In this document: in pieces, positions 10,463 through 20,116 of the stretch | Position numbering within the stretch: the stretch's first letter is position 1 | Layout of the letters: every line of letters starts with the position of its first letter | Origin: Dehalococcoidia bacterium | Lineage (GTDB): Bacteria > Chloroflexota > Dehalococcoidia > Plut-88900 | Length of the DNA stretch: 64,000 nucleotides | Assembly: GCA_965197585.1 (NCBI GenBank) | Contig: OZ240215.1 | Coordinates: 1,824,001 to 1,888,000, forward strand | Reading direction: 5' to 3' | Notes under the pieces: generated by a model | The model's database searches: none | Told to the model about the DNA's origin: nothing | What the model saw: the letters and a program-made list of their open reading frames with translations, nothing else | Translations under genes and position numbers: made by a program

Positions 10463-11053
10463 GTGGTACTCAGCGATAGAACAATAAGAGAAGAGATCAG
10501 CGGGGGCCGTATCGTCATCGATCCCCTCGACCCCGCCGACATCCAGCCCGCCAGCATCGACGTCCACCTCGACGACAAGGTCCTTGTCTTCCGCAATTCC
10601 CGTAAACCCTTCATCGACGTCCGACAGGACACCACCGACCTCACCGAAATGGAACAGATCTCCGAAGATAATCCATTCATCCTTCATCCGGGTGAGTTCG
10701 TCCTTGCCAGCACCACCGAGCACATTGAAATCCCCGACGACATCGTCGCCCGCCTCGAAGGAAAGAGCTCCCTAGGCCGCATCGGCCTCCTTATCCACTC
10801 CACTGCCGGTTACGTAGACCCTGGCTGGAAGGGCCATCTCACCTTGGAGCTCAGCAACGTCGCCAACCTCCCCGTCACCCTCTACTCAGGCATGAAAATC
10901 GGACAGATATCCTTCTTGCGACTCACCAGCCCCGCCGAGAATCTCTATGGCTCCAAGAATCTCGGCAGCAAGTATCAAGGCCAGACCCAACCGACCGCTA
11001 GCAGGATCCATGTAGACTTCAAACCTGGCTCCTCCGGAGACCGGAGCGGTTGA
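10463..11053 (+). CDS. dcd: dCTP deaminase
   Basis: IQPASID, LEGKSSLGRIG, AGYVDPGWKG motifs; GTG start. Confidence 0.95.
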   Translation: MVLSDRTIREEISGGRIVIDPLDPADIQPASIDVHLDDKVLVFRNSRKPFIDVRQDTTDLTEMEQISEDNPFILHPGEFVLASTTEHIEIPDDIVARLEGKSSLGRIGLLIHSTAGYVDPGWKGHLTLELSNVANLPVTLYSGMKIGQISFLRLTSPAENLYGSKNLGSKYQGQTQPTASRIHVDFKPGSSGDRSG

Positions 11054-12162
11054 ACCTCCTGTCCCGTCCACCCCTCCCCGCCACGGACTACATGGAGTAC
11101 TGCATCTCCCTGGCGCGGCGCTCCCTTGGCATCTCCTCACCTAATCCCGCCGTCGGTGCCGTAGTGGTGAGAGATGGCGAAGTCGTCGGAGAGGGCAATA
11201 CCCGGCCCCCAGGCCAGTCCCACGCCGAGATCGTAGCCCTGAATCAAGCCGGCTCTGCTGCCCGTGGCTCGGAGATATACGTCACTCTCGAACCGTGCTG
11301 CTTCGCCGGACGCACCCCTCCCTGCACCACCGCCATCATCGAACGCGGTGTCTCCCGAGTCCATGTCGCCGCCGTTGACCCCAACCCCCGAGTCTCAGGA
11401 AAAGGCGTCCGGGAACTGGAGAGGGCCGGCATAGACGTAGTGCTCGGGGAGTCCCGCAGATCAGCGGAGCGCGTAGTGGAGGGCTACTCCAAGTACATAA
11501 CCACCGGCAGGCCCTTCGTCACTGCCAAGTTCGCCGCTAGCCTGGATGGAAAGATAGCCACCCGATCAGGTGAGTCCCAATGGATCACGGGCCCCGAGGC
11601 CCGCGCCCGCGCCCACGAAATACGCCGCAGCGTCGACGCAATACTCGTCGGCGCAGGTACAGTCAATGCCGACAATCCCAGGCTCACAGCCCGGGACTCC
11701 AAGGGTAACCCTCTCGACCGACAACCCACTCGCATAATAATTGCAGGCAAGTCCCGTATCTCCCCTGATGCCCTTATCTTCAATCAACCGGGAAGCGCCA
11801 TCCTCGCTACACCCGAACTATCCCCCGACCTCCGTTCACGCCTCGAAGGAAAGGGAGTAGAGGTTATTATCGTCCCCCAAGCTGGTACAGGCGTCGATCT
11901 GAACGCATTGCTGGACCTGTTCGGCCAAAAGGAAATGACCAACGTTCTCGTCGAGGGCGGCGGCGCCCTCCTCGGATCATTCTTCGATAATCGACTCGTA
12001 GAAAAAGTTGTTGCTTTCCTTGCGCCGGTTATAATAGGCGGAGACAATAGCCCCGGGGCCATTGGCGGTATCGGTGCCGAGGCTATGGCCGATGTGCTTA
12101 GACTCACCAATATCGAGATAGAGACCCTCGGCCCTGACATAGTGCTAACGGGATACGCCTAG
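11050..12162 (+). CDS. ribD: Bifunctional deaminase/reductase RibD
   Basis: PNPAVG, HAE, TLEPCC..PPC, SLDGKIA, VEGGG. Confidence 0.96.
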   Translation: MNLLSRPPLPATDYMEYCISLARRSLGISSPNPAVGAVVVRDGEVVGEGNTRPPGQSHAEIVALNQAGSAARGSEIYVTLEPCCFAGRTPPCTTAIIERGVSRVHVAAVDPNPRVSGKGVRELERAGIDVVLGESRRSAERVVEGYSKYITTGRPFVTAKFAASLDGKIATRSGESQWITGPEARARAHEIRRSVDAILVGAGTVNADNPRLTARDSKGNPLDRQPTRIIIAGKSRISPDALIFNQPGSAILATPELSPDLRSRLEGKGVEVIIVPQAGTGVDLNALLDLFGQKEMTNVLVEGGGALLGSFFDNRLVEKVVAFLAPVIIGGDNSPGAIGGIGAEAMADVLRLTNIEIETLGPDIVLTGYA

Positions 12163-12176
12163 AAACAGCGGACATA

Positions 12177-12800
12177 TTGTTTACTGGCATAGTCGAAGAG
12201 CTTGGCCGGGCCCTTTCAATGGATAGTTCCCGGTTGTCCATCTCCGCTTCTACCGTATTGGACGACTCCCGAATTGGCGATAGTATCGCCGTCAACGGCA
12301 CCTGCCTGACCATAACCGACATCTGCGAAGACTGCCTCTCCTTTGACGTCATGCCCGAGACCCTGCGTCGCACCAACCTCGGAGCCCTCGAACCCGGCGC
12401 CCCTGTCAACCTGGAGAGGCCCTTGACGCTCAACTCCAGGCTCGGTGGCCACATAATGCAGGGCCATGTGGACGGTTCTGGCACAGTCGTCTCCATCACC
12501 CCCGACAAAGGCGCTTGGATCATGGAGATCAGGCCCCCGGCGGAGCTTCTGCCCTACATTGTTGACAAAGGCTTCATCGGCGTAGACGGTGCAAGCCTGA
12601 CTGTCATGGACCGCCTCCCCGAGACCTTCACTATCTCCCTGGTCACCTACACCTGGGAGCACACTACTCTCAGCCAACGCTCCATCGGAAAATCCGTCAA
12701 CCTGGAAGTCGATATACTGGCCAAATACGTAGAGCAGCTCGTCAAAGGTGGCGATCTGTCAGGGTCCCCTCTATCTACCCTCGCAAGCCCTCAGTCCTAG
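12177..12800 (+). CDS. ribE: Riboflavin synthase (alpha chain)
   Basis: MFTGIVEE start, GDSIAVNGTCLT, GGHIMQGHVD. Confidence 0.96.
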   Translation: MFTGIVEELGRALSMDSSRLSISASTVLDDSRIGDSIAVNGTCLTITDICEDCLSFDVMPETLRRTNLGALEPGAPVNLERPLTLNSRLGGHIMQGHVDGSGTVVSITPDKGAWIMEIRPPAELLPYIVDKGFIGVDGASLTVMDRLPETFTISLVTYTWEHTTLSQRSIGKSVNLEVDILAKYVEQLVKGGDLSGSPLSTLASPQS

Positions 12801-12826
12801 CAGTCCTGGAAACCGGAGGATACCGG

Positions 12827-14020
12827 ATGCCATTTGCCACCATCCCCGAGGCCATTCAAGATTTCCAAGCCGGGAAGATGGTCATCATTGTCGATGACGA
12901 GGACCGGGAGAACGAGGGCGATCTCGCCATCGCCGCCGACAAGTGCAACCCTGAAATCATCAATTTCATGGCCGGGCACGGGCGCGGTCTCATCTGCATT
13001 TCCATGACCGGGGAACGCCTCGAAGAGCTCCGGATCCCCATGATGGTCCAGGACAACACCGCACCCTTCAGCACCGCATTTACTGTCACTGTCGAGGGCC
13101 GGCGCGAGGTCACCACCGGCATCTCCGCCTTTGACCGGGCCCGCACCGTCGCCACCCTCATAGACCCCGACGCTCGGCCCGAAGACCTCTCCCGCCCTGG
13201 GCACATGTTCCCCCTCCGTGCTCGCGAGGGTGGCGTACTCGTCCGTGCCGGCCAGACCGAGGCCGTCGTTGATCTCGCTAAGCTCTCCGGTCTCTACCCC
13301 GCCGGCGTGATTTGCGAAATCATGAACGAAGACGGCTCCATGGCCCGGCTTACTCACCTCACCAAGTTCGCCAATGAGCACTCCCTCAAGATAATAACAG
13401 TCGCCGATCTCATCTCGTTCCGCATGCGCAACGACAAGCTCGTCAAGCGCATCGCTGAGTCCCATCTCCCAACCTCCTACGGGGAGTTCCAGGCTATCGC
13501 CTACACCACCTCTATTAACCAGGACGAGCACATGGCCCTAGTCAAGGGTGATATCTCCGACGGCGACCCCGTCCTGGTACGTGTCCACAGTCAGTGCCTC
13601 ACCGGAGACGTCTTCACCAGCTCCCGCTGCGACTGCGGTGAGCAGATGGGCCTCGCCCTCAATGCAATCGAAAAAGAGGGCCGAGGCGTATTCCTCTACA
13701 TGCGCCAGGAGGGCCGAGGCATCGGCCTCCACAACAAGATCAAAGCCTACGCCCTCCAGGACCACGGCATGGACACCGTCGAAGCCAACGAAGCTTTAGG
13801 CTTCCCCGCAGACCGCCGGGACTACGGCATCGGCATGCAGATCCTCGTTGACCTCGGCATCCGGGAGATGCGCCTCCTGACCAACAATCCAGCCAAGCGT
13901 GCGGGATTGGAAGGCTACAACCTCCAGGTCGTTGAGAGGGTTCCCATTAAACCCACGGTCAACCAGCACAACAGGCATTACCTGGAGACCAAAAAACAAA
14001 AACTCGGGCACCTTATCTAG
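12827..14020 (+). CDS. ribBA: DHBP synthase / GTP cyclohydrolase II
   Basis: DDEDRENEGD, RVHSQCLTGD..RCDCG, QEGRGIG. Confidence 0.97.
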   Translation: MPFATIPEAIQDFQAGKMVIIVDDEDRENEGDLAIAADKCNPEIINFMAGHGRGLICISMTGERLEELRIPMMVQDNTAPFSTAFTVTVEGRREVTTGISAFDRARTVATLIDPDARPEDLSRPGHMFPLRAREGGVLVRAGQTEAVVDLAKLSGLYPAGVICEIMNEDGSMARLTHLTKFANEHSLKIITVADLISFRMRNDKLVKRIAESHLPTSYGEFQAIAYTTSINQDEHMALVKGDISDGDPVLVRVHSQCLTGDVFTSSRCDCGEQMGLALNAIEKEGRGVFLYMRQEGRGIGLHNKIKAYALQDHGMDTVEANEALGFPADRRDYGIGMQILVDLGIREMRLLTNNPAKRAGLEGYNLQVVERVPIKPTVNQHNRHYLETKKQKLGHLI

Positions 14021-14039
14021 CCGGAGTTCTGCACGTCTA

Positions 14040-14519
14040 ATGGGTAAAACATTCAAGGGCGACACCCTCGGCAAGGGCCTCCGAATCGGCATCGCCGTAT
14101 CCCGGTTCAACGAGCCCGTAACTACCCGGCTCCTTGATGGCGCACTGGAAGGGCTGAATGCCAACGGCGTCTCCCAATACGCCGTCGACGTAGCCTGGAC
14201 CCCCGGCGCCCTGGAACTGCCCATCGTGGCCAAACAGATGGCGGGCAGCGGCCGCTACGATGCCATAATCTGCCTCGGCGCTGTCATAAGGGGCGAGACC
14301 GCTCACTTTGACTACGTTTCCGCAGGCGCACAGCAAGGTGTCGTCAAAGCATCCCTGGACACAGGGGTTCCCATCCTCTTTGGAGTCCTCACCACCGACG
14401 ACACAGCCCAGGCCATGGAACGCTCCGGCGGCAAGAAGGGCAACAAGGGCTTCGACGCAGCCGCCGGTGCCATCGAGATGGCCAACCTCCTAAAGTCCCT
14501 CCCCGGAAGCTACACATAG
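14040..14519 (+). CDS. ribH: 6,7-dimethyl-8-ribityllumazine synthase
   Basis: SRFN, PGALELP, GAVIRGETAHFDYV, FGVLTT; ATG at 14040. Confidence 0.96.
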   Translation: MGKTFKGDTLGKGLRIGIAVSRFNEPVTTRLLDGALEGLNANGVSQYAVDVAWTPGALELPIVAKQMAGSGRYDAIICLGAVIRGETAHFDYVSAGAQQGVVKASLDTGVPILFGVLTTDDTAQAMERSGGKKGNKGFDAAAGAIEMANLLKSLPGSYT

Positions 14520-14662
14520 CAGACTGCTAAAGTATGGGGTGTGCAGAGAGGCTCCACCCCTCGCCGGGAGTCTGAGGGTGTCCCTCAGATATCACTTTCT
14601 CTCCCTTCCAGGTCAGGAAGGGGCTGCGGGAAAACTCCAAAATGTTTTTCCGCAGCCTGCTA
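14517..14662. mobile_element. MITE-like element
   Basis: Imperfect terminal inverted repeats TAGCAGACTGCTAAA / TTTCCGCAGCCTGCTA, internal hairpins such as CTGAGGG-TGT-CCCTCAG, no coding capacity. Confidence 0.55.
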
Positions 14663-14698
14663 GCGCTTGCCGTTTCGAATCAAAGGCATTTAGGACTG

Positions 14699-15514
14699 CT
14701 ATGCCCTGGATGCGTCCCAGCTGCCTTTCCACCTTGGGCGCCAATCTGTCCACTTCGTAAACTCCTTTGGAGTAATGCCTGTTTCATAGATTTCAACGGC
14801 GATTGGGAGCTTACTAAAAGTTTCCGGAATCAAGCTGCTATCTCCGTCTGGGCAGACTGAGACCGAAATTAGCAGGTCGATTTCCGCGTAAAACTCTATG
14901 TAGTCACCTTTCTTGGCGTCGGTCTTGGTGAAGTATCGACGCCCGGTCAGCCCATCGATGCGCATCTTCTGAAAGAGGTTGACGTTGTCGCCAATTACAT
15001 CCTGTTCGGTCAGGCCCAGAGACTCCGCACCTTGCAACAGGTTGAGGTGACACCCGTTTAAACCAGCCTCACCGAAGGTCAATTCCCAGATTTCTGAAGA
15101 ACAGTGACTCCCCGGGAAGTGGGCATGCCACCCCTCATCCGCCGGTCCTGTTACTACCGTGTCCTCGATACAGGTCGCAATCGGGCGATATCTGGGGACG
15201 TCGGACCAAAGTCTAAAATTTGTCGTGATAAATAGTCCTTCAGCAAGAAGGGTCTGATTAAGACTAAGCGATTCCCGCTGAGGACAATCGGCGTTCCACA
15301 GACATACGTCTACAACTTGGGGTCCTTCCTCCTCTATTACCCTGAAAGTTTGCCCCTTGCTTACCCGGAATCCTCTTCCGTTGTCGGGTGGAATTATTGT
15401 CCTCTGCAATAAGGTTCGCTTGGAAGCCCTTGCTCGGATATTATCGTAGAACTCGATATCCATCCTGTATAGTTCGGGATTGGCATCGATCAAACTTTTC
15501 TCAGTGGATTTCAT
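14699..15514 (-). CDS. DUF1989 (urea carboxylase-associated) family protein
   Basis: GQTFRVIEEEGPQVVD, GSHC, GCHLNL, NVNLFQ, GDYIEFYAEIDLLISVSVCP. Confidence 0.85.
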   Translation of the reverse strand: MKSTEKSLIDANPELYRMDIEFYDNIRARASKRTLLQRTIIPPDNGRGFRVSKGQTFRVIEEEGPQVVDVCLWNADCPQRESLSLNQTLLAEGLFITTNFRLWSDVPRYRPIATCIEDTVVTGPADEGWHAHFPGSHCSSEIWELTFGEAGLNGCHLNLLQGAESLGLTEQDVIGDNVNLFQKMRIDGLTGRRYFTKTDAKKGDYIEFYAEIDLLISVSVCPDGDSSLIPETFSKLPIAVEIYETGITPKEFTKWTDWRPRWKGSWDASRA

Positions 15515-15621
15515 AAGTGTCTCTCCTCTCGAGTATTGCCGAACCTGTGTAAGGAATCATGCGCGGGAGCATGTACTCATATTCACTCCCTGGAGAACAG
15601 TGACAAGGCGAAACCTTTCAA

Positions 15622-16101
15622 CTACCTCACCGCAAACACCTGGTACCCGATGCACGGCGATGGCAGGTCTTCTGGTATAAACCCCCGAGCCACACCCAGC
15701 GTGCCATTCAACCACCGGTAACTTTCCGAGGCTGTCTCGAACAGCACCGACACGTAGAAGTAGTTCTCGTCCTGCGAGGCCAGCTCTCCACTATTCTGCG
15801 CCTCGGTGAACTCCTCGCTGTACCGCACGACTCCTTTATAGCTCATCATTATCACGTCTCCGCCCTCCGACTGGATCGTGATCCTCGCATCCACCTCTCC
15901 AACCCCGTCGTGGCGCATCAGAAACGGGTCGCCACCCCCCTCCAACACCTCCCCGTTCAACCGAGGTCCCCACACCTTCGCCCCAGCCTTCGGATACGTA
16001 ATCCTCCGAAGTCCCAGCGGCCCATCACCTATCAAATGATGCGGCCCCTGCGGAATCCGCACCTCGAACAAAAACTCAGTCTCTATATTTTTCGGCTCCA
16101 T
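15622..16101 (-). CDS. DUF3237 family protein
   Basis: GPLGLRR, GPRLNGEVLEGGGD, FETASESYRWLN. Confidence 0.85.
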   Translation of the reverse strand: MEPKNIETEFLFEVRIPQGPHHLIGDGPLGLRRITYPKAGAKVWGPRLNGEVLEGGGDPFLMRHDGVGEVDARITIQSEGGDVIMMSYKGVVRYSEEFTEAQNSGELASQDENYFYVSVLFETASESYRWLNGTLGVARGFIPEDLPSPCIGYQVFAVR

Positions 16102-16166
16102 CTCCTCCTCCTTTGAGAAAGGTTACAACCACCCCATTCTACCCTCCATGCCCACCCTTTTTGACT

Positions 16167-16194
16167 GTCATTCCGAGGCTCCGCGAGGAATCTA
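16167..16194 (+). repeat. REP-like palindrome, family A (GTCATTCCGAGGCYCCGCGAGGAATCT)
   Basis: Further copies near 23812, 33921, 43382, 46066, 48487; IS-split copies at 37362/38431 and 49480/50704. Confidence 0.85.
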
Positions 16195-16410
16195 AGGCGC
16201 ATTTCTCCCCAAACTAGTCATTTCATTAGCCCTTCCACATGACGCTGAGTCCTACTTCTCTCCCACTTCCTCCCCGTAGGGACAGGTCTCGGCCTGCCCT
16301 GCCCCCTCCCCCCATTCCGGCCCCAAGTCATACCCCTCAACCCCCTTGCCTCCCCACCCCCCTCCCCGATACCATCACCCTACCATAACCCTTCTCCCGG
16401 AGAACCTCAC

Positions 16411-17286
16411 ATGCCTAAAGCCAATGTCAACGGCCTAAACATTCACTACGAGACCCGTGGCCAGGGATTTCCCATCGTCTTCGTCCACGAATACGCGGGC
16501 AGCTGGGAGAGCTGGAACTCCCAGGTCGACTTCTTCTCCCGAACCCACCTCACCGTCGCCTACAACGCCCGAGGCTATCCCCCCTCAGACGCCCCCACGG
16601 ACCCAGACGCCTACTCTCAGCAGCACGCCGTCGACGACCTCCATGGCATCCTCAAACACTTGGAAATCGAGCAGGCCTACATCTGCGGCCTCTCCATGGG
16701 AGGTAACGTCGCACTCCACTTCGCCTTCCAGCACCCGGATATGACCCGCGGCATCGTCGTCGCCGGCACAGGGTCCGGCAGCACCGACTCTTCCCGATGG
16801 GGCCGCCAAATCGACGACCTCGCTACCAGGATGGAGACCCAGGGTATGGAGTCTATGGCCTTCTATACGAAAACACCCACCCGAGTCCAGCTCCTCCGCA
16901 AAGACTCTGACGCCTGGGAGGAGTTCAACCGGCTCTTCCTTTCCCACTCCGCCATCGGCTCCGCCCTAACCTTCAGGGGTGTCCAGGGCAAGAGACCCTC
17001 GATATTCGACCTCACTGATCAGTGCCGCCAACTCTCCGTACCGACCCTCATCATGGTCGGCGACGAAGACGCCCCCTGCATCGAGACCTCCATCTTCCTA
17101 AAGCGCAACATCCCCACTTCTGGGCTTCTGGTCTTCCCCCAGACCGGCCACACCATGAACCTCGAAGAGCCCGCCCTCTTCAGCCACTCAATCCAGATGT
17201 TCATCAAGGCCGTCGAAGAGGACCGCTGGGCCACCTCCGACATCGAAGAGTCCCCCAATTTCCTCATCACCCCAGACTCACCTTGA
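16411..17286 (+). CDS. Alpha/beta hydrolase
   Basis: GLSMGG nucleophile elbow, VGDED, TGH catalytic His. Confidence 0.9.
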   Translation: MPKANVNGLNIHYETRGQGFPIVFVHEYAGSWESWNSQVDFFSRTHLTVAYNARGYPPSDAPTDPDAYSQQHAVDDLHGILKHLEIEQAYICGLSMGGNVALHFAFQHPDMTRGIVVAGTGSGSTDSSRWGRQIDDLATRMETQGMESMAFYTKTPTRVQLLRKDSDAWEEFNRLFLSHSAIGSALTFRGVQGKRPSIFDLTDQCRQLSVPTLIMVGDEDAPCIETSIFLKRNIPTSGLLVFPQTGHTMNLEEPALFSHSIQMFIKAVEEDRWATSDIEESPNFLITPDSP

Positions 17287-17290
17287 ACTC

Positions 17291-17935
17291 CTAAAGTCCA
17301 GTCTCTTGGCCTTGGCGGCTGACTCTGGTCTGGAATCCTAGGGCGTAAGATGCATAGTACTGGTAGTGCCTTCCCGCGACACAAACGAACGAGAGCAGGT
17401 TCAGACCCTCGGCGCTGAATATTGACGCCCGATGTTTAGCAGTTTCCAAGTCTATGGAGCTTGGTTCGTGATAGGAGAAATTTGCTGGGTCGGATGCGGG
17501 ATGATTGTGGAAAGTGAGGATTGTTGAATATCCTCCTTGCTTAGCGATCCTGACAATGGCCTCATTCGACAGATACGTCGATGCTTGAGTTCCGTCGGGG
17601 CCTTTGTTTAGCCAGGCCTTTGTAACCCTTTTGTTCTTCTCGAATCCCACAATGACCCATTCGTGTCTCTTGTATTTCAAAAGACCCGCCGCAAGTGCCG
17701 GAAACTCGGACAGGCTCTCATCCAAGTTGTAGAACTCCCCCTCAGCATTCATAGTCGACTTTAGGAAGCTGTTTACGTTGAACTTACGTTCGTCGAAAGA
17801 AAAATACCTTTCCAAGGGGGTCTTTGGCCTCTGCTCGGCTTTGCGTTTCTTTGCGGCGTTATCCCCGAAAAAAACGACTATGAATAGACCAAAGATAATT
17901 AGGCCACCAATTATCGTTACTGCCAGTCCTTCCAT
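17291..17935 (-). CDS. Membrane-anchored JAB/MPN (RadC-like) domain protein
   Basis: N-terminal TM helix; Glu in RHEW and HNHP..PSSID JAMM-like motif; AT-richer than neighbours. Confidence 0.65.
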   Translation of the reverse strand: MEGLAVTIIGGLIIFGLFIVVFFGDNAAKKRKAEQRPKTPLERYFSFDERKFNVNSFLKSTMNAEGEFYNLDESLSEFPALAAGLLKYKRHEWVIVGFEKNKRVTKAWLNKGPDGTQASTYLSNEAIVRIAKQGGYSTILTFHNHPASDPANFSYHEPSSIDLETAKHRASIFSAEGLNLLSFVCVAGRHYQYYASYALGFQTRVSRQGQETGL

Positions 17936-17980
17936 CCCGACCTCTAACTTCCTAACCGCCTCAAACTCATCTTAGCCCCC

Positions 17981-19066
17981 CTACAGCGAATAATGCTCCC
18001 GCGCCGCCAGGTGCGCCGGATCATCCAGCCGGAAAGTATCCGGGTTCCGACCCCTGTCCAGCGCCAGCCAATACGTGAACAACTGCAGCGGAATCAGGTA
18101 CACAATCGGAGACAGCGCCTCCGATACCTTAGGCAATGTGACTACAACATCCGCCACCGACGACATCTCCCCATCACCCTCCTCCACTAACGCCGCCAAC
18201 CCTCCGCCCGTGGCCTTAACCGCCTTGCCGATCTCCACTGCCCGACCATTCCCGGGTCCCGGCGGCGCAATCAGCGTCACAACACATCTCTGGTCTGTAG
18301 CCACGTACGGGCCGTGCAGGAATTGCTCCAATTGGAATGCCGTGGTAACGTCGTAAGCTGCCTCGTTGATTTTCAGTGCGGCCTCGTAGGCCGTGGATGC
18401 GTTCGGCCCCCAGCCCGCAAAGCAGTACCACCCGTAGTCCCGCACCTTCGCCACCATCGACTTCACACCCTGCTCGGTCTTCAACGCCTCAGCCACGGCA
18501 TCGGGCAGTCTCTTGAGTTCCTCAGCCAAAGCCTCGCCTCCCGGGACCTTCGAGGCCACCATCGCCAGCGCGGTCATCGCCCCCGTGTGACTGATCGTGA
18601 ACGCCGACGACCGGTCCCGATATGTCGTCCTCAGCACCACGTCCGCCTGGTCCACCTTGGCCTCCGACGTAAGACAAGTCACCAACGCCGTTGAAGCCCC
18701 CGACGCCTTAGCCAACGCTAGCGCCTCCCCTGAGTAGTGCTTCGTGCCACTGTGCGCCATCACTATCACCAGGTCATCCCCCGAAAGTGGTGGCGGATAA
18801 GACACAAACTCGAAAGAGTGCCACGCTCGCGCCTCCGCCAACCCTACCGACCTGAACAGATGCTCCCCGACCAGCGCCGCATGCCATGACGTCCCGATCC
18901 CGCACACATACACCCTCCTCGCCCTCGATGCCAACCCCGCCAGTTCTTCTGCGGCGGCTCCTTGGCTGTCCAATATCTGGGCAATCGCCTCGGGCTGGTC
19001 TTGAATGCAATCGTGCATATAGTAGGGGTGCTCTTGCCGTGGCGGCGGTCTCTTGGCCATTTCCAT
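17981..19066 (-). CDS. SIS-domain sugar isomerase/deaminase (GlmS/FrlB-like)
   Basis: CGIGTSWHAA, HSGT, EAALKINE, EQFLHGP, RNPD. Confidence 0.88.
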   Translation of the reverse strand: MEMAKRPPPRQEHPYYMHDCIQDQPEAIAQILDSQGAAAEELAGLASRARRVYVCGIGTSWHAALVGEHLFRSVGLAEARAWHSFEFVSYPPPLSGDDLVIVMAHSGTKHYSGEALALAKASGASTALVTCLTSEAKVDQADVVLRTTYRDRSSAFTISHTGAMTALAMVASKVPGGEALAEELKRLPDAVAEALKTEQGVKSMVAKVRDYGWYCFAGWGPNASTAYEAALKINEAAYDVTTAFQLEQFLHGPYVATDQRCVVTLIAPPGPGNGRAVEIGKAVKATGGGLAALVEEGDGEMSSVADVVVTLPKVSEALSPIVYLIPLQLFTYWLALDRGRNPDTFRLDDPAHLAAREHYSL

Positions 19067-19364
19067 ACTCCTGTCTGAATTGAAGAGTCGGGAGTATAGC
19101 CTTCACCCCTCCATTAGGCAACGCTACCTTCCCCTATAAGAGACCTAAAAAAGGGTGGGTGGGCTGCAAGTCCGCCTCTGGAGGCCGGCACCCGATTCAC
19201 TCTGTCGATAGACTGGAGCGACCAGCCCTCCTCCTATGTGCCACCGCCCCCTTGCCCCGCACACCCATTTCTACCTATCCTATACTTGCAATCACCTCCG
19301 GCCCTGCATCTCTCCTCATGCCAATGAAACAATCAACAATCAGTTTCATCCTTACCCTCCACAC

Positions 19365-20096
19365 ATGTTCAACAAACCGGTAACAATTGCCGATGGCATT
19401 TTCCAGATTCGCGCCGTCGGGGCCCGAGTCACCGTCATAACCGAGCCCGGTGACGCCATACTCGTCGACGCAGGCTTCCCCGGAAGCTACCGAGCGATTA
19501 CCCGCGGCCTTTCGGAATGCGGACTCTCACTCGACCGGATCAGCCGTGTTGTAATTACCCACGCCCACCCCGACCACTCCGGCGGCCTTGCCGAGCTCGC
19601 TGCCGATGCTGATTTCTCCGTAGCTGTACACTATACTGAGGCGGACATCATCGAGGGCATAACCCCCGCCCCCAACCCCTTGCAAATCCCCCTGCTCGCC
19701 TCCGTGGCCCAGCCCGCCCTTGACAGGCTCACCGGCAACCCCGTCCCCGTCGCCCTACGACTACACGACGGTGACCTCATCCCCTTCCCAACCGAACTCC
19801 GAGTCGTCCATCTCCCCGGTCACACCCCCGGCAGCATCGCCCTTTACATGCCACAAAAGGGCATAGTCATCGTCGGCGATGCCCTCCAGTACAAGTTTGG
19901 CTGGAGACTCTATCCCCCGGCCCCCGGCGTCACCCACTCTCCTGGGCAGGCTATGCAATCCCTGGAGAAACTCCTCGAGCTTGACTTCCACACCATCTGC
20001 TTTAGCCACTTTCCTCCTCTCCAGAAAGACGCCCGAGACTCCCTCCGGCGCCTCATTGAACGTTACTCCGGCCGGTCCACCATCACCCCGTGCTAA
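19365..20096 (+). CDS. MBL-fold metallo-hydrolase
   Basis: THAHPDHSGG, PGHTPGS, GDAL; start taken at ATG 19365. Confidence 0.88.
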   Translation: MFNKPVTIADGIFQIRAVGARVTVITEPGDAILVDAGFPGSYRAITRGLSECGLSLDRISRVVITHAHPDHSGGLAELAADADFSVAVHYTEADIIEGITPAPNPLQIPLLASVAQPALDRLTGNPVPVALRLHDGDLIPFPTELRVVHLPGHTPGSIALYMPQKGIVIVGDALQYKFGWRLYPPAPGVTHSPGQAMQSLEKLLELDFHTICFSHFPPLQKDARDSLRRLIERYSGRSTITPC

Positions 20097-20116
20097 ACTC
20101 CCTCTCATAAAATGGC

